Assembly (NCBI GenBank): GCA_963778655.1
Contig: CAVZVA010000009.1
Location: forward strand, 1,056,001-1,120,000
From: an uncultured delta proteobacterium
Lineage (GTDB): Bacteria > Myxococcota_A > Polyangia > Polyangiales > JAFGIB01
Length of the DNA: 64,000 nucleotides
Reading direction: 5' to 3'
Under the pieces are notes generated by a model that saw only the letters and a program-made list of their open reading frames with translations, had not been told where the DNA came from and ran no database searches. Below are positions 43,201 through 51,584 of the stretch, piece after piece (the stretch's first letter is position 1; every line of letters begins with the position of its first letter). The translations under genes were made by a program, and so were the position numbers.

Positions 43201-43419
43201 GAGCTCGGCCTTGCTGTAACGGCCCAGCCAATAGCCGAGCAGCAGCTGCTCGGGTCGCGTACCCGGCATCAGCTCGGGCGCGGGCGCGCGCGCCGGGCAA
43301 GCCTGCGCGGGCGCGCTCTGGCTTCCGCGGGTAGGCGCAGGCTTGCGCTTCTCGCTGCACCCGCACGCGAGCAGGGCGACGAGCCACAGCGCAGCCAATT
43401 GGCGGGCACGAGCGCGCAC
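40210..43419 (-). CDS. Large lipoprotein with an NlpC/P60 peptidase and a second papain-like Cys/His module
   Basis: Lipobox LLACGC. First module FLGSPYGFG...RDCS, LPRHS..Q, PGHIMLYLG, HA. Second module PDCADLPY...YADPYGHVM. Confidence 0.78.
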   Translation of the reverse strand: MRARARQLAALWLVALLACGCSEKRKPAPTRGSQSAPAQACPARAPAPELMPGTRPEQLLLGYWLGRYSKAELDVPLLTGEQIEAYDRGVGRSGDQLYSQRDLLQPLPAAELQRDTEQRLRYLRERLADGRYVDREGKALPPAALQAFEAPVPKAAPALRVALGVLPIRCGPFDQPLFERKPGAPLNLVYDRNACSAVREQEVLQVLAPWPGSMLLVRTRYALGFLDAADEARLSPPIPAPQREAFVHGARAVAPQAVTLSDAQGRKYPLPAHASVPLLPGGKLLIAARDGFHELPSQGLEPARRPLTRRALLTTAFSFLGSPYGFGDANGGRDCSRLQMDVFESFDLALPRHSGWQAQAGLFNLDLHGMSPQEKLAALDAVAPHAAVLLGLPGHIMLYLGKNEAGTPMALHALGEYARPCSGGGETVVDVQRTVVSDLQLGAGSSRGSLLERLTALVVLGAQPPPASLAARASVHPLPPPSPPAPEACSDSVDARLFVSPQWPAADRALRVIATATQALTAPALWIYDGDGKLVEADTHTLDGPPTTVWARLLPAVGHYTAVFANGARSIGCRRLFVHKDAAAKQSQAEGPVWTPHFRWEQDTENLWSAFVEQLFEGPPDDEQTWRSLHALLRDEQRNLLYDHFEQDEEAHITLVPDCADLPYALRAYFAWKLRLPFAYRQCSRGKSGVPPRCGPLQTNLMPREDADDTAAFAFFVNRKVRNGVHSATGRTAPQDSETDLYPVALTRASLPPGTVYADPYGHVMILVHWFPQGLDPTHYGILLAAEAQPDGTVGRRRFSPGSFLFEPSTKDVGSGFKHFRPLVYDAATRTLSALDNAALQHQDQFAPFSMQQYQGSKDDFYEAMDRLIDPAPLDPHVRLKSQLDTFEESVRRRVLSLDNGEQYFAQGHHGPIEMPPGYDIFETEGPWEDFSTPSRDMRLLISIDGVMALPAQLRKHPDRFKLQGAVVARAAEQLQVELASELKKRSFSYTRSDGSSQTLTLQDVVDRSAALEMAYNPNDCVELRWGAPQGSAELATCKRHAPADQHARMLRYRSWFHTRTRPARGTED

Positions 43420-43519
43420 GCAGCGGCCGATACTACACCGGGGCTCGCGCGAAGGGGCGCAGGCCTGCTCTTTTTGCCGGGCGATTTGCGCTTCGGCGCG
43501 CGCCGGGTTAACCACGCAC

Positions 43520-44155
43520 ATGCCCGAGACGGCCTTTCGCGCGGTGATCTTCGACCTGGGGGGCGTGGTGCTGGGCTCGCCCCTGCGCGCGTTCCTCGAA
43601 TACGAGCGCGACAGCGACCTCCCGCCCGGCCTGCTGGGGCGGACGATCGCGTACAGCGGCGCCGGTGGCGCGTGGTCGCAGCTGGAGCGCGGTGAGCTCG
43701 ATTCGGCGCGCTTTTGCGCCGCGCTCGAGGCCGAGGTCGCGGCGGCCGGCGCGCGCATCCGCGCCAATGAGCTCATGGAGCGCATCGCGCTGGCTTCGCC
43801 CGTGCTGGAGCCGATGCTGGCGGCGGTGCGGCGGGTGCGCGCTCACGGGCTGCTTGCCGGCGCGCTGACCAACAACTGGCGCTCCGACGACCAGCACCAG
43901 AAGGTGAGCCAGCTGCGGCCCGAGTTCGATGCCTTCGTCGAATCCTGGCGCGAGGGTATGCGCAAGCCCGAGCCGGGCATCTACCGCCTGGCGCTGCAGC
44001 GGCTCGCGGTGGAGCCGGAGCAGGTGGTGTTCCTGGACGACCTTGGCCAGAACCTCAAGCCCGCGCGCGCCATGGGCATGACCACCATCAAGGTGAGCGA
44101 GCCGCTGGACGCGCTGGGTGAGCTGGAACGCGTGCTCGGTCTGTCCTTGCGCTGA
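43520..44155 (+). CDS. HAD-family phosphatase (epoxide hydrolase N-terminal-like)
   Basis: VIFDLGGV, LTNNW, GMRKPEPGIY, FLDDLGQNL. Confidence 0.9.
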   Translation: MPETAFRAVIFDLGGVVLGSPLRAFLEYERDSDLPPGLLGRTIAYSGAGGAWSQLERGELDSARFCAALEAEVAAAGARIRANELMERIALASPVLEPMLAAVRRVRAHGLLAGALTNNWRSDDQHQKVSQLRPEFDAFVESWREGMRKPEPGIYRLALQRLAVEPEQVVFLDDLGQNLKPARAMGMTTIKVSEPLDALGELERVLGLSLR

Positions 44156-44164
44156 GTCTCGTGC

Positions 44165-44710
44165 TCAGTGCTTCAAGTCGTGGCAGCGCTCGTAGGCTGC
44201 CGACTCGAGCTGCTGGGCCTGTTTGAGCTGCGGATACTCGGGGTGCACGATCACCGCCGCGGCCGCGGTCCTGGCGGCCTGCGAATCGCCAGTGGCGGCG
44301 TCGCGCGCAGCCCGGGCCAGCACCAGGCGGTCGCTCAGATCCTCGATCGTGGCCTTCGCCTCCGCGTTCTTCTGGTTGAGCGCCGCACACTCCGCATCGC
44401 GCTCACACGCCTCGTGGTACGCGCTTTGGTAGGCGCGCAGCCAGGCGCCGCTGCTGCGGTCGTAGCGCGCGTCCGCCAGCTTCTGCGCCGCCGGCGCGAG
44501 CCGGTGCTCGACCTCGGAGCTGAGCTTGGCCTGGGCGGCGCTCTGCGCGGCAAGCGCCGCCGCGTGCGCGTGCTCGAGCGCCTGCACATAGCCGGTCCAG
44601 GCCTTCTCCGCCGCCGCCCGCGCGGTGTCGCACTTGTGCTGCGCGCTCTCGCAGCCCAGGCAGGCGAGCACGCACAGTCCGCACAGCAGGCTGACGCGCC
44701 GCCGCAGCAT
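44165..44710 (-). CDS. Helical lipoprotein of unknown function
   Basis: MLRRRVSLLCGLCVLACLGC lipobox, Ala-rich coiled-coil body. Confidence 0.7.
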   Translation of the reverse strand: MLRRRVSLLCGLCVLACLGCESAQHKCDTARAAAEKAWTGYVQALEHAHAAALAAQSAAQAKLSSEVEHRLAPAAQKLADARYDRSSGAWLRAYQSAYHEACERDAECAALNQKNAEAKATIEDLSDRLVLARAARDAATGDSQAARTAAAAVIVHPEYPQLKQAQQLESAAYERCHDLKH

Positions 44711-44718
44711 GCGCGGCT

Positions 44719-45252
44719 TCAGCCCTGCCCGCCCAGCAGGTGCGCGAAAGGAGAGGCGCCGCGGTCCATCACGATCTTGCCCGAGCGCACCAGCTCCTCC
44801 AGGTTGCACGCGCTCAGCTCGGACAGCAGCGCGTCAATCGCCGCGCTGCTGCCGTACATCGCCAGGATCACACGGCCGTCGCCGTCGCCCAGGATGCGCG
44901 CGCCGTGGCGCTCGGCCGCGGCCAGCGCCGACGCGCGCGACACGCCCTCGCAGCGCAGCTTGAACAGCGCCACCTCGGCCTCGAGCGGCTCAACGCCGCG
45001 GTGGTCGGTGACGAACACCACGTCCACCAGCTTGGCCAGCTGCTTGTTGATCTGTTCGACGTTTTCGGTGTCGCCGCGGCTCACGATCGTCATGCGCGCG
45101 AAGCCGCCGACCACGCCGGGGCTCACGGCCAGGCTCTCGATGTTGTAGCCGCGCCGCGCGAACACCAGTGCGATCCGCACCAGCACCCCCGGACGGTCTC
45201 GCGTGACCAGCGAGAAGGTGTGCATCCCCGGCTGCGCTGCTGGCTGGCCCAT
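44719..45252 (-). CDS. ilvN: Acetolactate synthase small (regulatory) subunit
   Basis: DRPGVLVRIALVFARRGYNIESLAV, QINKQLAKLVDV, ELVRSG. Confidence 0.93.
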   Translation of the reverse strand: MGQPAAQPGMHTFSLVTRDRPGVLVRIALVFARRGYNIESLAVSPGVVGGFARMTIVSRGDTENVEQINKQLAKLVDVVFVTDHRGVEPLEAEVALFKLRCEGVSRASALAAAERHGARILGDGDGRVILAMYGSSAAIDALLSELSACNLEELVRSGKIVMDRGASPFAHLLGGQG

Positions 45253-45257
45253 GACTT

Positions 45258-46973
45258 TCAGGTGGAGCCGGAGGGCTTGGCCAGCTTTTGCTTGGGGCGC
45301 TCGATGATCATGTCGCGCAACGGCGCACCTGCGGGGATCATCGGGAAGACGTTGTCTTCCTTTTCCACCACCGCCTCGACCACGCAGGGGCCGTCGCGAT
45401 ATTCGCGCGCCGCCCGCAGCACTCCGTCGACCTCGCTCGGCTTGCGGATGTGGAAGCCCTTGATTCCGTAGGCGCCCGCGAGCTTGACGAAGTCCGGGTT
45501 GCCCTCGAGGTCGACGCCCGACAGTCGGTTGTCGAAGAACAGCTCCTGCCACTGGCGAACCATGCCCAGGTAGTTGTTGTTGATGATCAACACCTTGACC
45601 GGCAGCTTGTGCACCGCCGCGGTGGCCAGCTCGCTCATCGTCATCTGGAAGCCGCCGTCGCCCACGACCGCCCAGACCTCCGCCTCCGGACGCGCGAACT
45701 GCGCGCCGATCGCCGCCGGAAAGCCGAAACCCATGGTCCCGGCGCCGCCCGAGCTCAGCCACATGCGGTTGGCGCGCGTGAGGCAGAACTGCGCCGCCCA
45801 CATCTGGTGCTGGCCGACGTCGGTGGCGATCAGCGCGCGACCCTCGGTCACCGCGTTGAGCCGGTCGAGCACGTGCTGCGCACGCAGCCGATCGTCTTCA
45901 GGATAGCCGAGCGGAAACTCCCGGCGCCAGGCCTCGCACTGCGCGAGCCAGCCCGCGGTGTCGAGCTTGCCGCACAACGGCAGCAGCTCCTCGATCACCT
46001 TGCGCGCGTCGCCCAGCAGGTGCACGTCGCACTTGACGGTCTTGTCGAGCTCCGCCGGGTCGATGTCGACGTGGATGCGGCTGGCCTCGGTGCAGAACTC
46101 GCTGACCTTGCCGGTGATGCGGTCGTCCCAGCGCGCGCCGATCGCCATGATCAGGTCGCAGTGGATCACCGCCTTGTTGGCGTAGGCGGTGCCGTGCATG
46201 CCGAGCATCCCGAGGTGCAGCGGCGCGGTCTCGTCGACCGCACCCTTGCCGAGCAGGGTGTTGACCACCGGCGCCTGCAGCTTCTCGGCCAGCGCGGTGA
46301 TCGCGGGACCCGCGCCGGCGATCACCGCGCCATGCCCCACGTACAGCACCGGGCGCTTGGACTTGGCCAGCAAGGCGGCGGCCCGCTCAAGCGCCCCGTG
46401 CTCGGCGCGTCCAGGCACCACGTAGCCCGGGATGTCGGGCGGCCCGGGGTCGGGTGCGGTGCAGCGCGCGGAGGTGACGTCCTTGGGCAGATCGATCAGC
46501 ACCGGCCCGGGGCGCCCGGTGGTAGCCAGGTGGAAGGCCTCGCTGACCACGCGCGGGATGTCGTTGGCGTCGGTCACGAGGTAGCTGTGCTTGACCACCG
46601 GGTAGGTGATGCCAGTGACGTCCGCTTCCTGGAAGGCGTCCTTGCCCAGGTTGAAGGTCGGGGTCTGGCCGGTCAGCACCACGATCGGCACCGAGTCCAT
46701 CAGCGCGGTCAACATCCCGGTCACGGTGTTGGTCGCGCCCGGGCCCGAGGTCACGAGCACCACGCCCGGCCGGCCCGTGGCGCGGGCGTAGCCGTCGGCC
46801 ATGTGGGTGCCGCCCTGCTCGTGGCGGGTGAGCACGAGCTTGATCGTGCTGTCGACCAGCGCATCGAAGATCGGCATCGCCGCGCCGCCCGACAGGCCGA
46901 AGATGTGCTTGACCCCCTGGGCCTCCAGGCAGCGTACGAGCCGCTCCGCGCCGGTGAGGGTCGGGGTGCTCAT
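45258..46973 (-). CDS. ilvB: Acetolactate synthase large subunit
   Basis: RHEQGGTHMADGYAR, TSGPGATN, DAFQEAD, GMHG, DVGQHQMW, GDGGFQM, GMVRQWQ. Confidence 0.97.
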   Translation of the reverse strand: MSTPTLTGAERLVRCLEAQGVKHIFGLSGGAAMPIFDALVDSTIKLVLTRHEQGGTHMADGYARATGRPGVVLVTSGPGATNTVTGMLTALMDSVPIVVLTGQTPTFNLGKDAFQEADVTGITYPVVKHSYLVTDANDIPRVVSEAFHLATTGRPGPVLIDLPKDVTSARCTAPDPGPPDIPGYVVPGRAEHGALERAAALLAKSKRPVLYVGHGAVIAGAGPAITALAEKLQAPVVNTLLGKGAVDETAPLHLGMLGMHGTAYANKAVIHCDLIMAIGARWDDRITGKVSEFCTEASRIHVDIDPAELDKTVKCDVHLLGDARKVIEELLPLCGKLDTAGWLAQCEAWRREFPLGYPEDDRLRAQHVLDRLNAVTEGRALIATDVGQHQMWAAQFCLTRANRMWLSSGGAGTMGFGFPAAIGAQFARPEAEVWAVVGDGGFQMTMSELATAAVHKLPVKVLIINNNYLGMVRQWQELFFDNRLSGVDLEGNPDFVKLAGAYGIKGFHIRKPSEVDGVLRAAREYRDGPCVVEAVVEKEDNVFPMIPAGAPLRDMIIERPKQKLAKPSGST

Positions 46974-47304
46974 GTTCGCCTGCGGGTTGGGTCTGGAGCC
47001 GTCCATGATACTTGCCGACGGCGCGGAGCCTTTGGCCAGGGCGCACACCGCGCGCGCCGAGACCCTCCGGCCGGACTCGAAACCATGCCAGAATGGGGCT
47101 GAATTGTCCAGCGATCCTGAGATCCTAGGGCCACGGGCTCACCATCAAAGGAGGCTTGGCGCGTGGGTCGCGCGCAGGCGCGGCAGCAACCCTTCTGCGG
47201 GTGCCGTCCGTCTGAGCGACCTTCCCGTAGTCCTGCTCCCGCGGGGAGCGGACGTCCACCTCTGGCTTGAGCGGAGAGCGCATGGCGGGGCCAACACTAG
47301 GGGG

Positions 47305-47688
47305 CTAATTGAGCGCGTGCGGCAACGCCAAGCTGAAAGGCGGGATCTCGGCCTCGAACACGCTTCCGTCGTCGCGCACCATCTCGTAGCTACCGTGCAT
47401 GCTGCCATGTGGGGTGCTCAACACGCAGCCGCTGGTGTACTCGAAGCCGCTGCCCGGAGCGATCACCGGCTGCTTGCCCACCACGCCCGGGCCCCGCACC
47501 TCCTCCTCCTTGCCGTTGCCGTGGAGGATGTGCCAGTGGCGGGCGCGCAGTTGCACGGTGCGGCCCGACTCGTTGGCGATGCGAATCGTGTAGGCGAAGA
47601 CGAAGCGGCTCGCCCGCACGTCCGACTGTTCCGGTAGATACTGGCTCCGCACCACGATGCGGATGCCCTGCGTGACCGCGACGTCCAC
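47305..47688 (-). CDS. apaG: ApaG (DUF525) protein
   Basis: FAYTIRIAN, QLRARHW, VRGPGVVGKQP, YTSG, GSMHGSY, IPPFSL. Confidence 0.93.
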   Translation of the reverse strand: MDVAVTQGIRIVVRSQYLPEQSDVRASRFVFAYTIRIANESGRTVQLRARHWHILHGNGKEEEVRGPGVVGKQPVIAPGSGFEYTSGCVLSTPHGSMHGSYEMVRDDGSVFEAEIPPFSLALPHALN

Positions 47689-47871
47689 GGTGTGCGGTGT
47701 AGTCCACGGCCCGACGCGACTCAAGCCTGCACGGCAGCGGCGCCTCGCGGTGCTCGTCCTACAGCGACCCCGCATGGTTGACACCGTGCGCAGTCACCGC
47801 CACTGTGTCGGTCGGGTGCAGGCGCTCGCGGGCGGACTTCGTCGGTGGCGCGTACCTCGCCTCGGAGACCC

Positions 47872-48261
47872 ATGCAGGGCCGCAGCGACAACGAGATCCT
47901 CGCCTGGATCGACAGCGTCGGCGGTACAGAGGCTTTTTTGGAGCAGGCCTTCGCCGGCATGTGCGACGCGTTTCTGGCAGAACGCGCGGGCGACCGCAGC
48001 GCGGTAATCACCTGGGACATCCGCACGCCCGACCGCGGGGTCGTGAGCTACCAGGTGGTCGTGGACCGGGGCAGCTGTCGTGCTCAGCGCGGGGTGCTGC
48101 CGGGCTCGGGGGTCGTGCTCGACATCGCGATGCCGGACTTTCTGCGCCTGCTGGCGGGCGCGCTCGATACCACCGAAGCCGTCGAGCGGGGCAAGCTCGG
48201 CGTGTCCGGAGACCGGGTGCTCGCCCGCTCCGTGCGGGATTGGTTTCAGGGAAGCCACTGA
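47872..48261 (+). CDS. SCP2 sterol/lipid-binding domain protein
   Basis: VITWDI, DFLRLLAGALD..EA..RGKLGVSGD. GGAG RBS. Confidence 0.8.
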   Translation: MQGRSDNEILAWIDSVGGTEAFLEQAFAGMCDAFLAERAGDRSAVITWDIRTPDRGVVSYQVVVDRGSCRAQRGVLPGSGVVLDIAMPDFLRLLAGALDTTEAVERGKLGVSGDRVLARSVRDWFQGSH

Positions 48262-48269
48262 GGGAAAGC

Positions 48270-49724
48270 ATGCGGACTACAGCTCGGGCCGTTCTTGTGC
48301 TTGCGTTGGCCACGTTCTGCGGGTGCTCCTCCAGCACCTCCAGCAGCTCCAAAGGTGCGAAGGACGGGGGCGCCGAGGACGGCGGCGCCGGCTCCGGAGG
48401 GGGGGGCCAGGGCGGCAGCAACGCCGCGGGCGGCGCGCTGGGCGCAGCTTGCGAGAAGTCGAGCGACTGCGCCTCGGGGCTGTCGTGCGACCAAGAGGTG
48501 GACAACAGCTACCCCGCAGACAATTTGCCCCCGGGCGTGAAGGAGGTGCCCTCGAAGGCGTATCCCGGCGGCTCGTGCACGCCGGTGCCGGCCGGCGCCT
48601 ACGACCCCAACGGCGTGCGTTCGTGCGATCCGCTGGCGGCGCAGCCCCAGCAGGGTTGCGGCAGCGACGGCGCGTGCGTGGCGGTCTCGGTGGGCCAACA
48701 GACCGAGGTGGCCTGTCGCCCGACCTGCAATCCGGCCGCCGCCAAGAACGACTGCGGCGGGCGTTTCGGGTACACCTGCGACTTCGAGCTGCGCGCGTGC
48801 GTGGAGGGCTGCCAGTCGGACGAGGAGTGCAGGCTTCAGCTTGCGGACTCGAACAACGACGGCCAGCCCGACGGGCTGGTTTACGACGACGGCTCCAAGG
48901 CTGTGTGCGACACCGACTCGTTTCGCTGCGTGGTCAAGTCGGGCGCGGCCAACGCGGACACCGGCGCACCCTGCCAGCGGCTCGACGACTGCGAAGCCGA
49001 TGGCGTCTGCGTGCAGCCGCTGCAGACCTACGGCGGGATGCCGTTTCCCGACGGCTACTGCACCAAGCTCGGCTGCGACCTGAGCGGACGGGAGTGCAAG
49101 GGTGACGGGGCCGTATGCGCTCCGCTGCGCTCGTGGAGCCCCGGCACGGTCACGTCGTCCGCCTGCTTCCAGAGCTGCGAGGTCGGTGCGGAGCCCGAGG
49201 CCGACCAGCTCGGCAGCGGGGGCCACGGCAAGGGCTGCCGGGTCGGCTATCGCTGCCACTACAACGGCGGCAACGGCAGCGCGGCCGGATCGGCGCAGGG
49301 CGTGTGCGTCGGCGGCAACTATAACGACGTGACCGACAACAACCTGGGGCAGTCCTGCCAGTCGGACGCGGACTGCTATTCGCCGTTCGGGCTCGGCGTG
49401 TGCTTGCAGCTCGGCGTCGGCTCGGTGCAGGCGCCGACGGGCACCTGCAGCATCTTCGATTGCAAGGTGCCGGGGCTGCCGGACAACGTGTGCGGCGCGG
49501 GCGGCGAGTGCATCGGGTTGAACGGCGACGTCACCTTCTGCGTGAAGACCTGCAAAGACGCCAGTGAATGCGCGGACGGCTACGCCTGCGCCGACGACGA
49601 CGGCGACGCCACCACCTCGAAGGTCTGCTACCCGGCGTGTTTCGGCGACGAGGATTGCCGCGCGGGCACGGAGCGCTGTACCTCGACTAGCGCGTCCACC
49701 GCCGGGAGCTGCGTGGCCTCCTAG
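48270..49724 (+). CDS. Large Cys-rich surface lipoprotein with tandem disulfide modules
   Basis: Lipobox TFCGC. Repeated G..C..D.DC and GYC modules. DSNNDGQPD Ca-binding-like loop. Confidence 0.8.
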   Translation: MRTTARAVLVLALATFCGCSSSTSSSSKGAKDGGAEDGGAGSGGGGQGGSNAAGGALGAACEKSSDCASGLSCDQEVDNSYPADNLPPGVKEVPSKAYPGGSCTPVPAGAYDPNGVRSCDPLAAQPQQGCGSDGACVAVSVGQQTEVACRPTCNPAAAKNDCGGRFGYTCDFELRACVEGCQSDEECRLQLADSNNDGQPDGLVYDDGSKAVCDTDSFRCVVKSGAANADTGAPCQRLDDCEADGVCVQPLQTYGGMPFPDGYCTKLGCDLSGRECKGDGAVCAPLRSWSPGTVTSSACFQSCEVGAEPEADQLGSGGHGKGCRVGYRCHYNGGNGSAAGSAQGVCVGGNYNDVTDNNLGQSCQSDADCYSPFGLGVCLQLGVGSVQAPTGTCSIFDCKVPGLPDNVCGAGGECIGLNGDVTFCVKTCKDASECADGYACADDDGDATTSKVCYPACFGDEDCRAGTERCTSTSASTAGSCVAS

Positions 49725-49832
49725 TCCAAGGAGACCCGCCAGGCGCCGGGGCCGTCGCGGGCCGGTGGGCCGAAGCGTTGCGTTTGGAGCCGAACCCGGG
49801 TACACCTCCCCGACTCACCTGAGGTCCCCGTC

Positions 49833-49964
49833 ATGTACATCTATTCGCCGCGTGGCCGTCGCGCCAAGGACCGCAGCCGCAGCAACCGCCTGCGCGCCAA
49901 GCTCAAGGCCAAGAACCGCCGGCGGGTCAACCGCATGGCTCGCCGCCGCCTCAGCGCCAAGTAG
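49833..49964 (+). CDS. 43-aa highly basic small protein (not in the ORF track)
   Basis: GAGGT RBS at 49821-49825, then MYIYSPRGRRAKDRSRSNRLRAKLKAKNRRRVNRMARRRLSAK. GC3-rich codons. Fills an intergenic gap. Confidence 0.7.
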   Translation: MYIYSPRGRRAKDRSRSNRLRAKLKAKNRRRVNRMARRRLSAK

Positions 49965-50096
49965 GCTCGGGCTCGGAAAGGTCCAGCGGGCTTCGTCCTC
50001 AGCCCGGTCTTGCGGGCGCGCTTGCTCCTGAGCGCTTCTGGACGCCTGCTTCTGTGCCGGCAAGCGCGTGCACGACACCGGGGCGTGGCGCAGGGG

Positions 50097-50624
50097 TCAG
50101 GGTGGGGGAGGGCGGCGGCTTTCCATCACGTAGTGCTGGGCGACGTTTTCCGCGGCGTTGGCGATCACGCGATCGGCGACGCGCAGCCGGCGGCTGAGCT
50201 CGCGCGCGATGTTCATCACCAACAATGCGTACTGCGCGATGTCGCGCTCGTAGAGCAGGCGCTTGACGTCGGCGGCGTTGATCCGCAGCAGCGCGCTCGG
50301 CGCGAGCGAGCGCACGCTGGCCGAGCGTGGCTGCACGTCCAGGATGGCCATCTCGCCCACCCAGTCGCCGGGCCCGAGCAGCGCCACGCGCACATCGTGA
50401 TCCGCGCCGCCCTTGTGCAGCACCTCGACCTCCCCGGTCAACACCACGTACATGTGCGCGGCCATCTCGCCCTCGACCATCAGCAGCTCGCCCGGGGCCG
50501 CCCACTGCGACGGTAGCTCGTGCGCCAGCAGGTCCAGCATCGCCTCGCTGAAGCCGTCGAACAGCCGCGTCATGCGCAACGCGGCGGGCGTGACCTCCGG
50601 TGGATTCGAGTTGGCTCTGGCCAT
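50097..50624 (-). CDS. Stand-alone cyclic-nucleotide-binding domain protein
   Basis: EGEMAAHMYVVLTGEVEV, GDWVGEMAILDVQPRSASVR. No HTH. Confidence 0.88.
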   Translation of the reverse strand: MARANSNPPEVTPAALRMTRLFDGFSEAMLDLLAHELPSQWAAPGELLMVEGEMAAHMYVVLTGEVEVLHKGGADHDVRVALLGPGDWVGEMAILDVQPRSASVRSLAPSALLRINAADVKRLLYERDIAQYALLVMNIARELSRRLRVADRVIANAAENVAQHYVMESRRPPPP

Positions 50625-50702
50625 GACGCCACCATGGTAGCCACAGCGACGCCCAAACGCGAGGGTAGCTGGGTACGGGCGCCGTCTGCGCTTCCGGCGG
50701 CC

Positions 50703-51584
50703 TCAGAACAGGGTGTCGTGGCCGAGCACGGCGTTGTCGATCAGGCGCGTGCTGCCGATGCGCGCGGCTACCAGCATCACCGGGGGACGCGGCCCGAGCA
50801 GGGCGCCGCCGCCGGGCTTGGCCAGCGTCTCGAGCGACTCGGCGTCGGCCAGGGCCACGTAATCGATGGCGTCGAAGCGCGCCTCGATCGGCGCGCGCGC
50901 GATCGCTTCGAGCGCGAGCACGCCACGCTCGCCGTCGCGGTAGGCGGCGTCGGCGTCTCGCAGGCCCTCGACGATCGCGGTGGCGCGGCGCCGCTGCTCG
51001 GGATCGAGGTAGCGGTTGCGCGAAGACAGCGCGAGCCCGTCGCGCTCGCGGTGAATCGGGCAGCCGAGCACCTCGACCGGCATGCCCAGATCGCGCACCA
51101 TGCGCTCGATCACGCGCCACTGCTGGTAGTCCTTGCGCCCGAACGCGGCCACGCAGGGCCCCACCGCGTTGAGCAGCTTGGTCACCACCGTGGTCACGCC
51201 CTGAAAGTGCGTGGGCCGCGCGGCGCCATCGAGGCCGGCGGTGAGCCGCTCGACCGCGACATGGGTCTGGAACCCCGCCGGGTACATCGCGTCGGCGTCG
51301 GGCAGGTACACGACGTCGACGCCATGCTCGCGACACAACGCGAGATCCTGCGCGAGCGTGCGCGGATAGCGCGCGAAGTCCTCCTGCGGTCCGAACTGCA
51401 GTGGATTGACGAAGATGCTGAGCGCGACGCGCTCGGCGCCGTGCTGGCGCGCGGCCTGCACCAGAGAGAGATGCCCGGCGTGCAGCGCGCCCATGGTCGG
51501 CACGAAGCCCACACGCAGGCCGTGCTCGCGCAGCTCGTCGCAGCTCCGCCGCAGCACGGCCGGCTCGCGGACCTCCTGCATCAT
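50703..51584 (-). CDS. panC: Pantoate-beta-alanine ligase
   Basis: PTMGALHAGH, SIFVNPLQF, RPTHFQGV, FGRKDYQQ, GLALSSRN, RLIDN. Confidence 0.97.
   Translation of the reverse strand: MMQEVREPAVLRRSCDELREHGLRVGFVPTMGALHAGHLSLVQAARQHGAERVALSIFVNPLQFGPQEDFARYPRTLAQDLALCREHGVDVVYLPDADAMYPAGFQTHVAVERLTAGLDGAARPTHFQGVTTVVTKLLNAVGPCVAAFGRKDYQQWRVIERMVRDLGMPVEVLGCPIHRERDGLALSSRNRYLDPEQRRRATAIVEGLRDADAAYRDGERGVLALEAIARAPIEARFDAIDYVALADAESLETLAKPGGGALLGPRPPVMLVAARIGSTRLIDNAVLGHDTLF

Noticed and set aside
47067..47084. tRNA T-arm-like GGTTTCGAGTCC on the minus strand
   Set aside because: No acceptor, D or anticodon arms could be built around it.
47125..47283. 52-aa ORF upstream of ilvB as an attenuator leader peptide
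   Set aside because: No run of Ile/Leu/Val codons and no terminator with a U-tract before ilvB.
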